Shown: positions 41,341 to 53,481 of the stretch, piece after piece | Layout of the letters: every line of letters begins with the position of its first letter | Numbering within the stretch: the first letter of the stretch is position 1 | Source of the DNA: Podarcis cretensis | Taxonomy: Eukaryota | Assembly (NCBI GenBank): GCA_951804945.1 | Contig: OX638158.1 | Span: 20,460,001 to 20,524,000, forward strand | Direction of reading: 5' to 3' | Length of the DNA stretch: 64,000 bases | Position numbers and translations under genes: made by a program | The notes under the pieces: model-generated | What the model saw: the letters and a program-made list of their open reading frames with translations, nothing else | Told to the model about the DNA's origin: nothing | Databases searched by the model: none

Positions 41341-41588
41341 CAGTGGTACCTCGGGTTACATACGCTTCAGGTTATCGTACATATGCCTCAGGTTACAGAC
41401 TCCGCTAACCCAAAAATAGTGCTTCAGGTTAAGAACATTGCTTCAGGATGAGAACAGAAATCGGGCTCTGGCGGCACGGCAGCAGCAGGAGGCCCCATTA
41501 GCTAAAGTCCGTGCTTCAGGTTAAGAACAGTTTCAGGTTAAGAACAGACCTCCAGAACGAATTAAGTACTCAACCTGAGGTACCAGTG
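41341..41588. mobile_element. Tc1/mariner-type MITE (left member of inverted pair)
   Basis: TIRs and TA flanks; same orientation as 4564-4789. Confidence 0.9.
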
Positions 41589-41711
41589 TATTAAAAAAAC
41601 TTCAATATAATAAATGAGAGATCACATGGAAACCATTATGAAAGCTGCTCACAGAAGCACATCTATTAACTGAATAATCTGGAGCTACTTGTTTTGTGCT
41701 AATAGAATATA

Positions 41712-41955
41712 CAGTGGTACCTCGGGTTAAGTACTTAATTCGTTCCAGAGGTCCGTACTTAACCTGAAACTGTTCTTAACCTGAAGCACCACTTTAGCTA
41801 ATGGGTTCTCCCGCTGCTGCCACACCGCCGGAGCACAATTTCTGTTCTCATCCTGAAGCAAAGTTCTTAACCTGGGTTAGCAGAGTCTGTAACCTGAAGC
41901 GTATGTAACCTGAAGCGTATGTAACCTGAAGCGTATGTAACCTGAGGCACCACTG
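41712..41955. mobile_element. Tc1/mariner-type MITE (right member of inverted pair)
   Basis: TIRs and TA flanks; opposite orientation; internal (GTAACCTGAAGCGTAT)x3. Confidence 0.9.
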
Positions 41956-42284
41956 TAGTTGTAGTTCAGCAACATATGGCTGGACACAAATCCTCCACCC
42001 TTGCCCTATAACAATTCCTTATGATAAGGTTGACATATTTCAAAAAGTGAAAATCAGGACTCAAAAGTTGTTGAGCTTTTTAAAGTTTTGCCCAAAGTTG
42101 TTTTGCTTTTCATTATTTTAGCCTTTTTGAGACAGATACAGATAGAAGCTTAGCAGCAGGCTCATAGACAAGGCAAAGCTCTTATTTCACGTTGAACAAC
42201 ATCACTATCGCGTTGTGCAAGTCTGCATAGAATGTGCAGCCTGTTTTCCAGAAGCACAGAAAAGTTCCACCCCTCGCAACTAAC

Positions 42285-42560
42285 AACATAAGAATAGTCT
42301 GCTGGATGAGGCCACTGGCCCACCTAGTCCAGCATCCTGTTCTCACAATGGCCGACAGATGCCTATGGGAGGGAAACCAGGGAGCAGGACATAAGCACAA
42401 CAGCACTCTCCCCTCCCATTCTAGCAACTGGTATTCAGAACATTGCTGCCTCCAACTGTGAATCTAATCATCTTTTAAAGCCATCCAAGCCAGGGAGCCC
42501 CACTGCCTCCTGGGAGAATTCCACAGTTTGACTGACTATGCACTGCTTGAAGAAGTGCTT
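42285..42560 (-). mobile_element. CR1-type 3' end (similar at ~37720-37830 and ~15460-15845)
   Basis: cataagaatagtctgctggatgaggccactggcccacctagtccagcatcctgttctc pattern repeated at these sites. Confidence 0.65.
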
Positions 42561-43186
42561 TATGTGTCCTACATCTTCCAACAACATCTTTTCTCAACAA
42601 AGACCAGCTCTTCCCACCTCTGTAAAGGGCTGGAAGGCTATGGAAAAGTGCTATGGAAATGCAAAGCCTCCTGACTCAAGTAAATCCTGCAATTGTCATG
42701 TAAATGCAGACAAGCCAAATTGTTGGCATCCATCTGTTGACAAGCCCCATCTGCCCCTCACTTCCCTCTACAGCACATGCAGAAAAGCGCCTACTTGACC
42801 ATTGGACCCACTATTGGTCCACTCCATTGCTGGAGCCTGTCTTTGCATGCAGGGGAAGTCCCTACTAAGGTTACCTTCACCCGCTTTAGCCGGCCAGTTG
42901 AAGCCATTCTTGGAGTGTGGCCGTTGTTGCATGCGGACAGCTTCTAGGAGCCACAGGTGAGAGCTGAGTGCAGGGCGGGGACCAAAGGTGAACAAACTGC
43001 CCCCACCTGAGGTGCTGCCCCTCCCATAACACCCCAAATAATCAAGCTAGGTGTTAATCATCACTCTCAGGAGCAGCTTTTTGGAGTGGGAGGCATGGAG
43101 GGAGAAATCAACAACAATCTGGAGCTCTGCCTTGCACAGCTTTCTGCTAATGCAAAGCCACCGTAACTCATTACGCACAGGCTGAG

Positions 43187-43267
43187 ATAGAATCATAGAA
43201 TCATAGAATCATAGAGTTGGAAGAGACCACAAGGGCCATCGAGTCCAACCCCCTGCCAAGCAGGAAA
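43187..43267 (-). mobile_element. CR1-type 3' tail
   Basis: (ATAGAATC)n then gagttggaagagaccacaagggccatcgagtccaacc. Confidence 0.75.
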
Positions 43268-43324
43268 GTGAATGAAATAGGAATAGGAAGGTGAATGAAA
43301 TAGGAATAGGAAGGTGAATGAAAT
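43268..43324. repeat. 23-bp tandem repeat x2.5
   Basis: GTGAATGAAATAGGAATAGGAAG repeated. Confidence 0.9.
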
Positions 43325-43349
43325 CCAATTGTTATTATAATTAATTAAT

Positions 43350-43622
43350 TAAATTTATATACCACCCTTCATCAAGAGGCCCCAGGGCAGCTCACAAAAT
43401 AAAATACAAGATAAAACACAAGTAAATAATTAAACCGAAACAGCAAAACAATACCACACACCCCTTCCCACAGATACATTTAAAATATGATATGAATCAG
43501 CCAAAAGCCTTGTTGAAGAGGAATGTTTTCGCCTGGCACCTAAAAATATATAATGAAGGAACCAGGCGAACCTCCCTGGGGAGAGCATTCCACAAATGGG
43601 GAGCCACTGCGAAAAGGCCCGC
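43350..43622 (-). mobile_element. L2-type LINE 3' end (older relics at ~40-222 and ~21490-21750)
   Basis: gcctggcacctaaaa...ctccctggggagagcattccacaaatggggagccactgcgaaaaggccc, shared with 110-220. Confidence 0.65.
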
Positions 43623-44847
43623 TGGGTCTCATGTGAAGAAGGACCTCAGTATGAAATGGTCCAGCTTTTAATAATGTAAATCTGTGACCAGCCATGCAGT
43701 TAGGTAACTTTTAGACTCAGGACTTAATGGTCGCTCCCTCCTTTTGATGGCAATATGTATTTGTTCACTTACCTTACATCGTAGTAAGTCAGCTCTACTT
43801 AGTTTGCAGGTTCTCCTGCTCGTTCTGCTGTGCAGGACTCTGGCCCAAACTCTTGCACCACCACAGACCACACGAGTAGGGAGAGTTCTGGGGATCACAT
43901 TTGCCTCCTGGGCCTGAATTCCCCTACCCTGTTATCTGAGAACAGGCCTCCTCCAAGGCAGCTGATGTAACAGAAAGGGAATGCTGAATAAATATAATAA
44001 AGGATTTTTAATGGTAAATCATAACACATGAAGGCTTTGCAAGGGTAGGGGGCGCTATGATGTCAAATCTTTGTTCTGTAAATACTACAGTAATTGCAGC
44101 ACATATCTATTGTACTAAAATCTGTGATCACTAGATGGCCTCATAACCTAATAAATTTAGGGAAATCTAGGCATAATGTCCCTACTGTGTGAGTGGCATT
44201 AAATCCGAAAGGTCTGCTCTGACAGGACTCTGCTGTTCCCTCATGCACCACACAAGGATGGCAGAGATCTATTTATTTATTTTAAGGTTGCCCCTGAACA
44301 TATATCACAGTACAAGGTTCCAGAACATAGGCCTCTTGTTGCCTTGGTAACGGAGATGTCATGACAACAAAGTAGGCCGGCATTTCCTTCCTTACCAGTT
44401 GGGTGCATTGACACCTCAAGGAATACAAGTTAAGGTAGCTCTAAGGTAAGAAGAGTTGATACACTTGACAATGTTTGCCACTGTTTCCACTAGGGTTGCC
44501 AACTTCTTTTAATCTGCCCCGTGCCTGAGCATTTAATAGGAGCCTGGCACACAGAAATGTAGCCAGTGAGCCTTTGTCTGGCACGGAGGAAAAGTGAGAG
44601 GAAAAGCTAAGTCTGCACACTTTTGTACTTGCTTACAACGGAGATGATGAGAGTACAATACTCTGATAAGGGAGGGGAAAATGACATAATATGAAAATAG
44701 CTGGAAATCTCTCAGCCTTGCTCTCATCAAGGGGAATGGAGTTAAGTTTTGGAGTCTAAGTCAAGGAGGCCTATCAGGCAAACCTACCGGGCTTCTACCC
44801 CTCATAACACCTGAAACATAGGCGACCCACTTTAGTGACATCTATGG

Positions 44848-45062
44848 CATGTCAAAGTGCAAGTAGATAAATAGGTACCGCTTCGGTGGGAAGGTAAACG
44901 GCATTTCCGTGCGCTGCTCTGGTTCGCCAGAAGCGGCTTAGTCATGCTGGCCACATGACCCGGAAGCTGTATGCTGGCTCCCTCCGCCAATAAAGTGAGA
45001 TGAGCGCCGCAACCCCAAAGTTGGTCACGACTGGACCTAATGGTCAGGGGTACTTTTACCTA
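44848..45062 (+). mobile_element. Sauria SINE, 5'-truncated
   Basis: gtgcaagtagataaataggtaccgc...ggacctaatggtcagggg matches the 3' half of the other copies. Confidence 0.88.
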
Positions 45063-45064
45063 TG

Positions 45065-45555
45065 GCAGTGAAATGAACTTATTCACCTATACACCAGAAA
45101 ACTCTGATCCTCCCTGGCTGGCCACCTGTCTCCACTACAGAGATTGGAGAACTTATTGTGTCGCTGCGTCCTGGTAAAGCACTGGGTGGAAGATATGGTC
45201 CCTCCAGAGATATTCTCCTCAGATGTAAATTGGTGGGCCCCAATTTTGGCCAAACTATTTACTCACATAAACATGACTGGCGACATCCCCTCAGAGTGGC
45301 ACACCAGCATAGTTGTACCAATCCCCACCCCCCAGATGAGACCTATTGGATCCCAGTAACTATAGACTCAAAAGTCTCCTAGATGTGGCTTCCAAATTAT
45401 ACTCACAATATCTATTATATAAAATTCTGGACTGGGACAGCAAACAAGCCATCATCCCTGAAGAACAAGCAGGATTTAAGAAGGGCTGGTGCACTACAGA
45501 CCAAGTTTTTGTTTTGTACCACCTAATCTGTAAATTCACCAATGAATTTACTAGA
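45065..45555 (+). mobile_element. Frameshifted LINE RT fragment (RTE/Rex-like)
   Basis: GKALG..DMVPPEIF...IPSEWHTSIVVPI...DPSNYR..SLLDVASKLY...EEQAGFKKG.CTTDQVF are RT domains 0-2 motifs. Confidence 0.8.
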
Positions 45556-45559
45556 AGCA

Positions 45560-46516
45560 ATGCAGCTAGGAAGCCTGATCTTTATTAAAGGAAATAAACT
45601 GTTGCAACAAGGTCCCCACTCACCACACACAGGAGGGAGAACCCCAAACAATGCTGTTCAAGCCCCTATATACAGTAGACTTTTGAAATTGCCCACCCTG
45701 TAGCCCAAGACTGTTGCAGGTAACACACCTGCCTTCCTGGGTCCCACTAATCAGACACACAGGAGCAGAGAGGAGAGAATCCAAAGTTCCTTTAATTTGC
45801 TGCACAGCAAAGTGTTCCAGCTGAGATCGCTCTCAGTCTGGACCCTGGGGTGTCACCCTTAGGAGTCTTTTATAAGTTTCAGAAACAATGGAAAACATAG
45901 GAAAATCCTTGGTCTCACTTGGATTACCAAACAAAGACACCAGCCAGGAATATAGGAGCAAAACAGCAGTCTGTAGGCCTGGTCTTTATTTTAAAGGACT
46001 GTTACAAGAGGACTTCCACCCACCACATGGGAGAAGCACAGAACAAAGGATTGCTCCCACTTTTATAAGTTTTACAAAGATACTTACAACACACCTAAAT
46101 TTACATCATGCATACATCACAAATGCATCACAAACTGAGCATGGGTTTGTCCCCATCCTTCCCTTGACCTCCACCTCACACCCATCAAGTAAGACAAAAT
46201 AAATATTTACAAGTTCCTGGTTTCCCAGGCCAAGTTAATCACACCTCTTTGTCCCAACCAAGAACCTAATCCATTCCTGGATGGTTTGCCATTGTCCATG
46301 GGATGACTGCCTGTCTGACACCCATTGCCAGAATGCCAGTGATTACCTTTTGTGCAAGGGGCTGCTGTGTACAGACTCCCCCCTTCCTAAGCCATTCCTT
46401 TCCTGAACAGAACAAAGTTGGAATGGTGCAAACCCATACTGGAGTAATTTTATATGACTTTCTAAAGTTTTTCCAGTGAACCAGTAGGTAGATACATTTA
46501 TCAGTGAACTGTTACA
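45560..46516 (-). mobile_element. Cluster of LTR-like relics
   Basis: Repeated minus-strand TATA(A)...AATAAA spacing (ctttatt then ttttataag/ctatata); clear termini and TSD not resolved. Confidence 0.35.
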
Positions 46517-46616
46517 TTTCGTAATGTGCAGCAGAGGCCCTTTCGATAGAGATAGGAAAAACTGTGATTAAGTGTTTTGTGGCGACATTTGCCAAAGTGA
46601 TTGTGTTGATTTTGGT

Positions 46617-46788
46617 CAGGGGTCGGCAAGGTTTACCTCGCCTGGGCCAGTTCACTCCCGCAGAGATCGCTCCGTGGGCGCAGATGCAATTTTCAGTGCC
46701 ACGGAAGCAAGTCCCCGCTCCGTGCTGCACCAGTTTAGTGCAGCGCACAGGGACTCGCCGAGTGGGCAGCTTGGTTCGCTGACTCCTG
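46617..46788. mobile_element. Non-autonomous hAT element
   Basis: TIR caggggtcggc / gctgactcctg; perfect TSD ATTTTGGT. A related end occurs at ~11165-11445. Confidence 0.82.
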
Positions 46789-48084
46789 ATTTTGGTAGTT
46801 GGGGTGTGTGTGTATGGTATCTGCTGGAGGGGCAACACACACCCCCAACCTTTACATAAACTACAATATAAAACCAATCACAAATCCCTCATTGCTTTAT
46901 TTGGAAGTGAAGCAAGCACCCTGATACTGTTCAAAACTTATATGTGCGTGGCTGTGGCTGTGACTGCGACCCTTCAGTTCTGCTGACATCTCATTTAACT
47001 TGTTTACTTCAGCTTATTTACTGCGCCTCCGCATCCCATAGCCTTAATACTGCTCTTTGCTAATACAGTATTGTAGACAGGGACAATGGCTCATTGGCAA
47101 TTGGAAACTCCTTAGCAGGAAATGTGTGTCTGCTTTAAAATGCTATGCATACACTTTCTCACCTTTACACTTTTGACCTCATGCTTGCAGGAGCCTTGCC
47201 AACAAGACTGTCTGTGGTATATTTGTAGATAATCTGGTCAACCGGATCTTCGTATCTTTAGCATTACATGTGGGAGATGAAAGCTGCTTGCGCTTTAATA
47301 TTACAAGTATATAGGGGGTCGTGCTGGGTCTATTACCTTTACCTGACACCCACTACCACAAAAGCACCCCCCAAAACATTATACATATATCACAGAAGGA
47401 GGTGGTCTCCAGCAGAAATTTGAGAGTGTTGCTTCTCTCCTGTCTGCCAGGATACCTGATAAAGCCTTACTTGATTTCATTTTCTGGGAAGCCTGACCAT
47501 TCCTTCAAGATGGTAAATACTTAGTTCCTGAATCTTTTACGCATATTGATAGTGTGCTCAGCTTAACAGATACTTGCCAGACTGTATTTGCAAACAGAGG
47601 TATAAGCCCCTACAGTCAAAAGACAATTGGAAAGCTTTTCCCATTTCCTTCCTCCTTGCAGTGAAATATTTGAGGTCAATTTGGGAGAGTCAAAATGGCT
47701 TTAGGATTGTTCTCCTGTACTATTTAAGATGTGGTTTATATACTTCTGTATGTGTTGGCCTTGTATATTTATGAACATTTATTTTATATTTGAGACCTTA
47801 GAATTTTTATAACAATTGTAAAAGTCTTTGGCTATATACTATAAAATTGACTATGTATGTTCGGGAGCAGTGGGAGGAAATGGGCATACTCTGTTTTGAG
47901 TGTGCTCAGTCTTTTTGGAGAGAAATGAATACTGAGCCACTATTGCTACTGTAGCACCCTGCTTGTGGTTAACGCTTAGCTGGAATGAAATATTCAACGC
48001 AGCAATAGAGAAATTAAAATAATAATTTATTTGTCAGACAAATAAATGATAGGCACAGTGGTATATGGTTACCAAAGCTCTGCC

Positions 48085-48525
48085 CCCTCCAGCCCTGATG
48101 GCCAGCTGCTTTTCCCATTAGCTCTTCCCAAAATTTATTGCCCTTTAACTCTCTCAGTATACCTTAAACCTTAGGAAAATATGGCTAGAGTCTGATGGGA
48201 GGCACATGGTATTATTTTCTGTTAAACAATAAATCTTACTATTTACCAACTCTTAATTAGTGTTTTTGCAGCTTGATTGTATTCTGTAATATATAGGGTC
48301 AGTGTAACATTTGCTCCCAGCCTGTAATTCCGTTTTACAACTTTGAGAAACTTGCCTCCTGCTACTGCTATAAATCAGGGGGGGCCTTGCTCAGGAGAGC
48401 AGGAAGATAAACAACTGCCAAAGTACTTAGCCAGCTGGTTTCTGCCTGGCATGAAACATACAAACATTTGCAAATATATCTTTAAGCTCATTTTAAAATA
48501 CAGGCCTTGATCAGATGCCTCACTA
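48085..48525 (+). repeat. Left arm of an old inverted duplication (partner 51478-51880)
   Basis: Colinear identical blocks of 15-20 bp in reverse complement; see findings. Confidence 0.85.
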
Positions 48526-49939
48526 TAGCAATAAAGACTTGAACCTTTCCACTCATTGCATTGGTGAGGAGTTGCTACTCTTCTAGACAGCCAGAGTCTG
48601 CACAGACAGAATTATATATCCAGTCCTTTTTTTAAATAGAAAAATAGGTACTGGTACTCACCATGAAGTTGTTACAGTGTGTGTCACACTTTTTAGCTAC
48701 ACACACAAAAGAGATGCCAGTACTGCGTACCATTGAGTACCCCCTGAAAAAAAAAGAGCATTGTATATAGCAGTCCATTATTTCCCCTCCTCCCTTCCAT
48801 TCCTTTTTCCTTGTGTGTCCTGTCTTTATGTAAACTGCTATGGGACCCCTTTTTAAACTTAAGAGCTGTGTATAAATGCCTTCAATACACAAACCAAAAG
48901 CATATGCAAAAACAATTTTTGACCCTACCAAGCTTAGTGCTTGTCAAATTGTGCTGCATTTGACTTTATTATTTCATTTTTATTCCACCCTTTCCCCAAG
49001 GAGCATAAGGTTCTTTCCCCTCCCTATCTTTCTATGCACAATTACCCTGCAAGGTAGGTTTGACTGAGGAATAGTGACTGGCCCAAGGTGGGGATTTGAA
49101 ACCATGTTGCCCTGGTTCTAGTTACAGCTTGTTTATCCACTAATTACAGCTGTGGGAGGGCTAAATGTGGCCCTCCAAGCCTTTATCTCTGGCCCTTGGG
49201 ACTCTGCCCAGGCTGCACCCCTCACAAATCTTGTTTCACAATCTTCTTCAGTGTTTTTGTCTACCTTCAAGTGTCCTTGGGCTCTGATATGCCTCTGGGT
49301 TGCCTGGGTGGTGACAGAAAGGTATGTATGTGTGTAGAAACTAGCCAGCCCACTCTACAAAGATATCATTTCCATTTGTCGCTCTGTCCGTTTTTGTCAG
49401 CACTAGCATGTGTCCCCCATAAAATGGTCCAGAAGAGAATGCAACCTTTGAACTGAAAAAGTTCCCCCACTCTGGATTACACCATACTGCTGTAGCACAA
49501 AGAATCCTTTGTAACATTTGCATTGTATTTGCATTGTTGAACTATTACAGAAGAGAAGACGAGAGAAGGAAAGACTGGGGTTATCAGTTTTTTAAACACT
49601 GGCTCCACTTCTCTGCCTTTAACTGCAGAATGGGACGCTGAGATGGAATAGGCAAAGATTATCTCCATGCCAAGAGAAGCTTCACCTGTTGAGCTTCTGT
49701 ATGCCAGGCTGCAGTTAAATATACAGGGCAAGGATAGTTTAAAAAGCAAAACAAAAAAAATACTAGCAGAAAAGGCTTGGCTCACAAACGCAGGAGGAAC
49801 GACAGACACAATCTGAAAGCGTTCTCAGAAGCTGTTAACACAGGGAAATTGAAGCGGCGGCTCTCTAAGAAGGCGTTATTGGACTCCAACTCCCATCAGC
49901 CCCTACCACCACGGCCACAGATGAGGCTTGATGGGAGTT

Positions 49940-50350
49940 GTAGTCCAGAATGTTCCACGTTCCCGGTGCAGCAGCTAAACAAAGCAATAACACTTCCGGT
50001 TGTTAATCGAACGCGAGGGGCATCCCATGCGGGTAAAGGAATAGGACGAGGCACCATAGAGGTTTCGGTGACGGAGCGGTTCCGGGATGCCCGTTGTGCT
50101 CCAGCCCGCGGGTGAGGGTGTTCAAATGGAATCCGGAAATGAGGATTGTTATTATCACGTTTTCTTCTTCGATTCCTCTGACCAAGGCGCAGGGTAGCGT
50201 AGCTGCAGGTACAACAGGGAAAGGCTTTAGCAAAAGCGGGGGGCCGCTTTGTTTCTGTGAGTGCAAATTGTTGATGAACGCGAGAGATTTTGCAAACAAA
50301 GGCCACTCTCAAGCGGTCCCTCGTTTCTCTCTCAGTGCTTAGTCGTGGAT
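49940..50350 (+). promoter_or_regulatory. Small CpG-rich island: probable ETFBKMT promoter and non-coding exon 1 (donor at ~50111|50112)
   Basis: Local CpG enrichment; ETS/GABPA-type motifs CACTTCCGGT (49991-50000) and CCGGAAAT (50133-50140); donor-like CGG|GTGAGG at 50112; candidate acceptors upstream of the ATG at 54422-23 or 54499-500. Confidence 0.65.
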
Positions 50351-51304
50351 ACCTTATTTCCTACTGGGATTGTCAGAGAGGAAAATAATCATTGGGTGTT
50401 GGGTTGAGATAAACGACAGACGAATGACAAGTGTCATATGGGAGGCATCTCTCCAGCATGTCTCGGGGAGTCCCTTTTATTGAATATTACAGCATTGCCA
50501 CATATGTGCTTGTTGCTGATTGGTTAACACAAATACAATGCAAGGGTTGCATATAGGCATTAATCATCAATAGATTAAAGGTTGGGAAAGGGAACACAGA
50601 ATTGGACAGGTATGAAAACCTCCTTATTAAACTATTACTAGTGATTGATATAGCAAGACTTAAAAGAACATAACTATCGCATTCCGTAGATGTGGTTAAC
50701 CATGCATTGAGAACAGGTCAGGGTACGATGTTTCATGAACTCAGCTTAGAGCGGTTTGCCAGAGTCATGTGGGAGCGATGACCTGCTTCCCAGTGGAATT
50801 AACGGGTTGGTTTTATCTTGCGTTAGACCCCTACAAATGAGTGAACCTAAGTTTTCATGTACAGTACATGAATTTCAGTGGGTCTACTCTGAGTTGCTTA
50901 AGGTTGGCTACAGCCCTAGGTTTCTCTGCTATCAGGTTGTAAAGCATCTATATATAAACGCAAGCCATTTTCTTAAGCTAGGAGTTAACAAACGAAAGCT
51001 TCTTGATAAAGTAGCATATATGATATCCCCCTGGTGTTCACGTTTGACATTCTAGAGTAGATTGTAATGTAAAGACCGCATTTTCACTAAAAAAAACTGC
51101 TGAAAGAATTCATGATACGACACGACAAAAATGCAGTTCATTCAAAATTGAATGTAATTAGACTTCTCCTAACACAGTTTCCAGAGATATTGCCAAATTA
51201 TGAGATGATGCTATGCATGTTTTCTCAGAAGTAAGCCTCACTATGTTCAGTGGAGTTTACTCAGTAGTAAATGTGTTTAACCTTAGTTTGTTCCTACCAA
51301 AAAG

Positions 51305-51370
51305 ACAAAGACTCCTGTAGCACATTAACAAGGAACAAAGTTAATAATGACATAAGCTTTCATGGAGTAT
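51305..51370 (-). mobile_element. Decayed Penelope-like relic
   Basis: caaagactcctgtagcacattaacaaggaacaaag...cataagctttcatgg parallels the left arm (gtagcaccttaaagaccaac...atgagctttcgtg) of the 60.5-kb element. Confidence 0.45.
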
Positions 51371-51477
51371 GTTAAAGGAAGGTGCAGCTGTTGAATTTCT
51401 GCCTGTCCAACAACAGGGAGAGCTGCAGTTGGGAGCCCTTAAAGCTCTGGTTCTAGGATATGGTCGTAAAAAGACAT

Positions 51478-51880
51478 ATTGAGGCATCTAATCATAAGCC
51501 TGCATTTTTATCAAAGCTTATATTTTTGATTAAGGCCTGTATATTAAGATGAGCTTAAAGAATTTCAAATGTTCATGCCAGGCAGAAGACTAGCTGCCTA
51601 AGAACCTTGGCAAGATGTTTATTCTCCTCGACAAGGGGGCCCCCTGATTTATAGCAGAAAACAATTCTCAAAGTCGTAAAAAGGGAATTACAGGCTGACA
51701 GCCAAGGTTACACTGACCCTACATATTACAGAAGATAAAAAAGCAGAGAAAAACATAATTAAGAGTGGATAAATAGTAAAATAAAACCATGTGCCTCCCA
51801 TTAAACTTGAGCCATATTTTCCTAAGGTTGAAAGGTCAAGAGCAGTGAAAAAGGCAACTGGCTTGGCTGGAGAAGGGGAG
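51478..51880 (-). repeat. Right arm of an old inverted duplication (partner 48085-48525)
   Basis: As above. Confidence 0.85.
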
Positions 51881-51904
51881 TGTAAAGAGAAGAAGAGGTT
51901 TTCT

Positions 51905-53481
51905 TTCTGCCGGGGAGTGGGCCCCAGCCCACAAAATGGCTGGGGCATGTTCCACAGGGGGGGATGCACTGGGACAACTGATCTCAGTGATCACGGGTAG
52001 GAGGAGGAGTTACGCTAAGACCAGACCATGTCATTACAGAGGAGGCAGGTTTAGTCGTTGTCTGAGGACTATTCCTGCCTCCGGGTCTGGTCCTGACCGG
52101 ATGGATACTAGAATCAGCAAGGGATACCCACATGACCTGAAGGTGCTGCTGTGCAATGCCAGGTCAATGATTCATAAGACCACTGCCATCCATGACTTGA
52201 TCATGGATGGAGGACTTGACCTGGCATGTGTAACAGAGACTTGGTTGGATGAAGCAGATGGGCCTGTCCTTGCCGCTGCTTGTCCACCAGGTTTCTCTTA
52301 CGCACAGCAACCCAGGTCATGTGGGCGGGGAGGGGGGGTTGCAGTGATTTTTAGAAAGTCATTAGTTTGCACCAGGCGTCCTATTGGGAAGACCCAGTTT
52401 TCTGAGTGCATGTTCTGGAAGTTGGGCAATAGGGGCAGTACAGGATTCCTTTTGGTGTACCGACCTCCCCGCTGCACCAAGGATTCCCTGCCCGAGCTGC
52501 TTCAGGTCGTGGCGGATGTTCTCCTGGAGACACCTAGCTTGGTCGTCCTAGGGGATTTTAACATCCATGCCGACACGACCTTACAAGGGGCAGCTCGGGA
52601 CTTCGTGGAAAGCATGGCCTCCATGGGGCTGTCCCTGAATAAGTCTGGCCCAACCCATAGCCGCGGACATGCCTTGGACCTGGTGTTTACCTCTATGGAT
52701 GTTGGGGATCTGACACTAAGTAAAAGTGAAACAAAAGAAGTGCCATGGTCAGATCACTTCCTGGTGCAACTGGACTTCTCTGCGACCCATCCCCTCTGCA
52801 GGGAGGTGGGACCAATTCGGATGGTCCGCCCCCGCCACTTAATGGATCCAAATGGTTTCCAGAGAGTGGTAGGGGATGCTTTATCCCATGTTGATGGCCT
52901 TTCAGCTGATTCCCTGGTGGCCCGCTGGAATGCGGAGTTAACCAGGGCTATTGACTGTTTGGCTCCGAAGCGCCCTCTCCGATTGCATGGAGCCCGGAGA
53001 GCCCCGTGGTTTTCCACGGATCTGAGGGCAATGAAACAATCTTTGAGACGGCTAGAGCGCCGGTGGCGGATAACTCATTCCGAATCTGATCGGACACAGG
53101 TTAGAGCTCAACGTCGAGCCTACCAAGTGGCGATAGCGACGGCGAAGAAGAATTTCTTCACCGCCTCTATTGCATCTGCAGAAAACAGCAGCAGGAGACT
53201 TTATCAGGTGGTTCACAATTTAGCGGAACCACCTGTAACATCGGGGCCCAGTACGGGCCACATGTTCTCCTGCAATGATTTTGCAAAGTTTTTTGCAGAT
53301 AAAATCGCTCAGATTCGGGAAGAAGTAGACTCCACCGTGGGAGCAGGGCCAGGGCGGGAGAGTGCTAGAGTTCTGTCTAGTCAAGTTGAGTGGGATCAAT
53401 TCCAATCTGTTACCTCCGAGGATGTGGACAGGCTGCTTGGACGAGTGAAACCAACCACCTGTCTCCTTGATCCTTGCCCAT
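51905..53481 (+). mobile_element. Young L2-type LINE fragment: APE endonuclease and linker, RT missing
   Basis: ORF 51936-53507 has APE motifs (LLCNARS, CVTETWL, GGGVA, VYRPP, GDFNIH, LDLVF, SDHF) and the L2-like KPTTCLLDPCP; similarity stops at ~53481 before the RT domain. Confidence 0.88.

Noticed and set aside
41889-41946. CRISPR-like short direct repeats (GTAACCTGAAGCGTAT)n
   Set aside because: No spacers; internal tandem repeats of the mariner MITE in a vertebrate genome with no cas genes.
48451-48510. 19-aa ORF after the TATA box in the left duplication arm
   Set aside because: The right arm has ATG AAC ATT TGA at the equivalent place, so the frame is not conserved.
50371-50716. Possible LTR downstream of the putative ETFBKMT exon 1
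   Set aside because: No matching TSD or inverted termini found.
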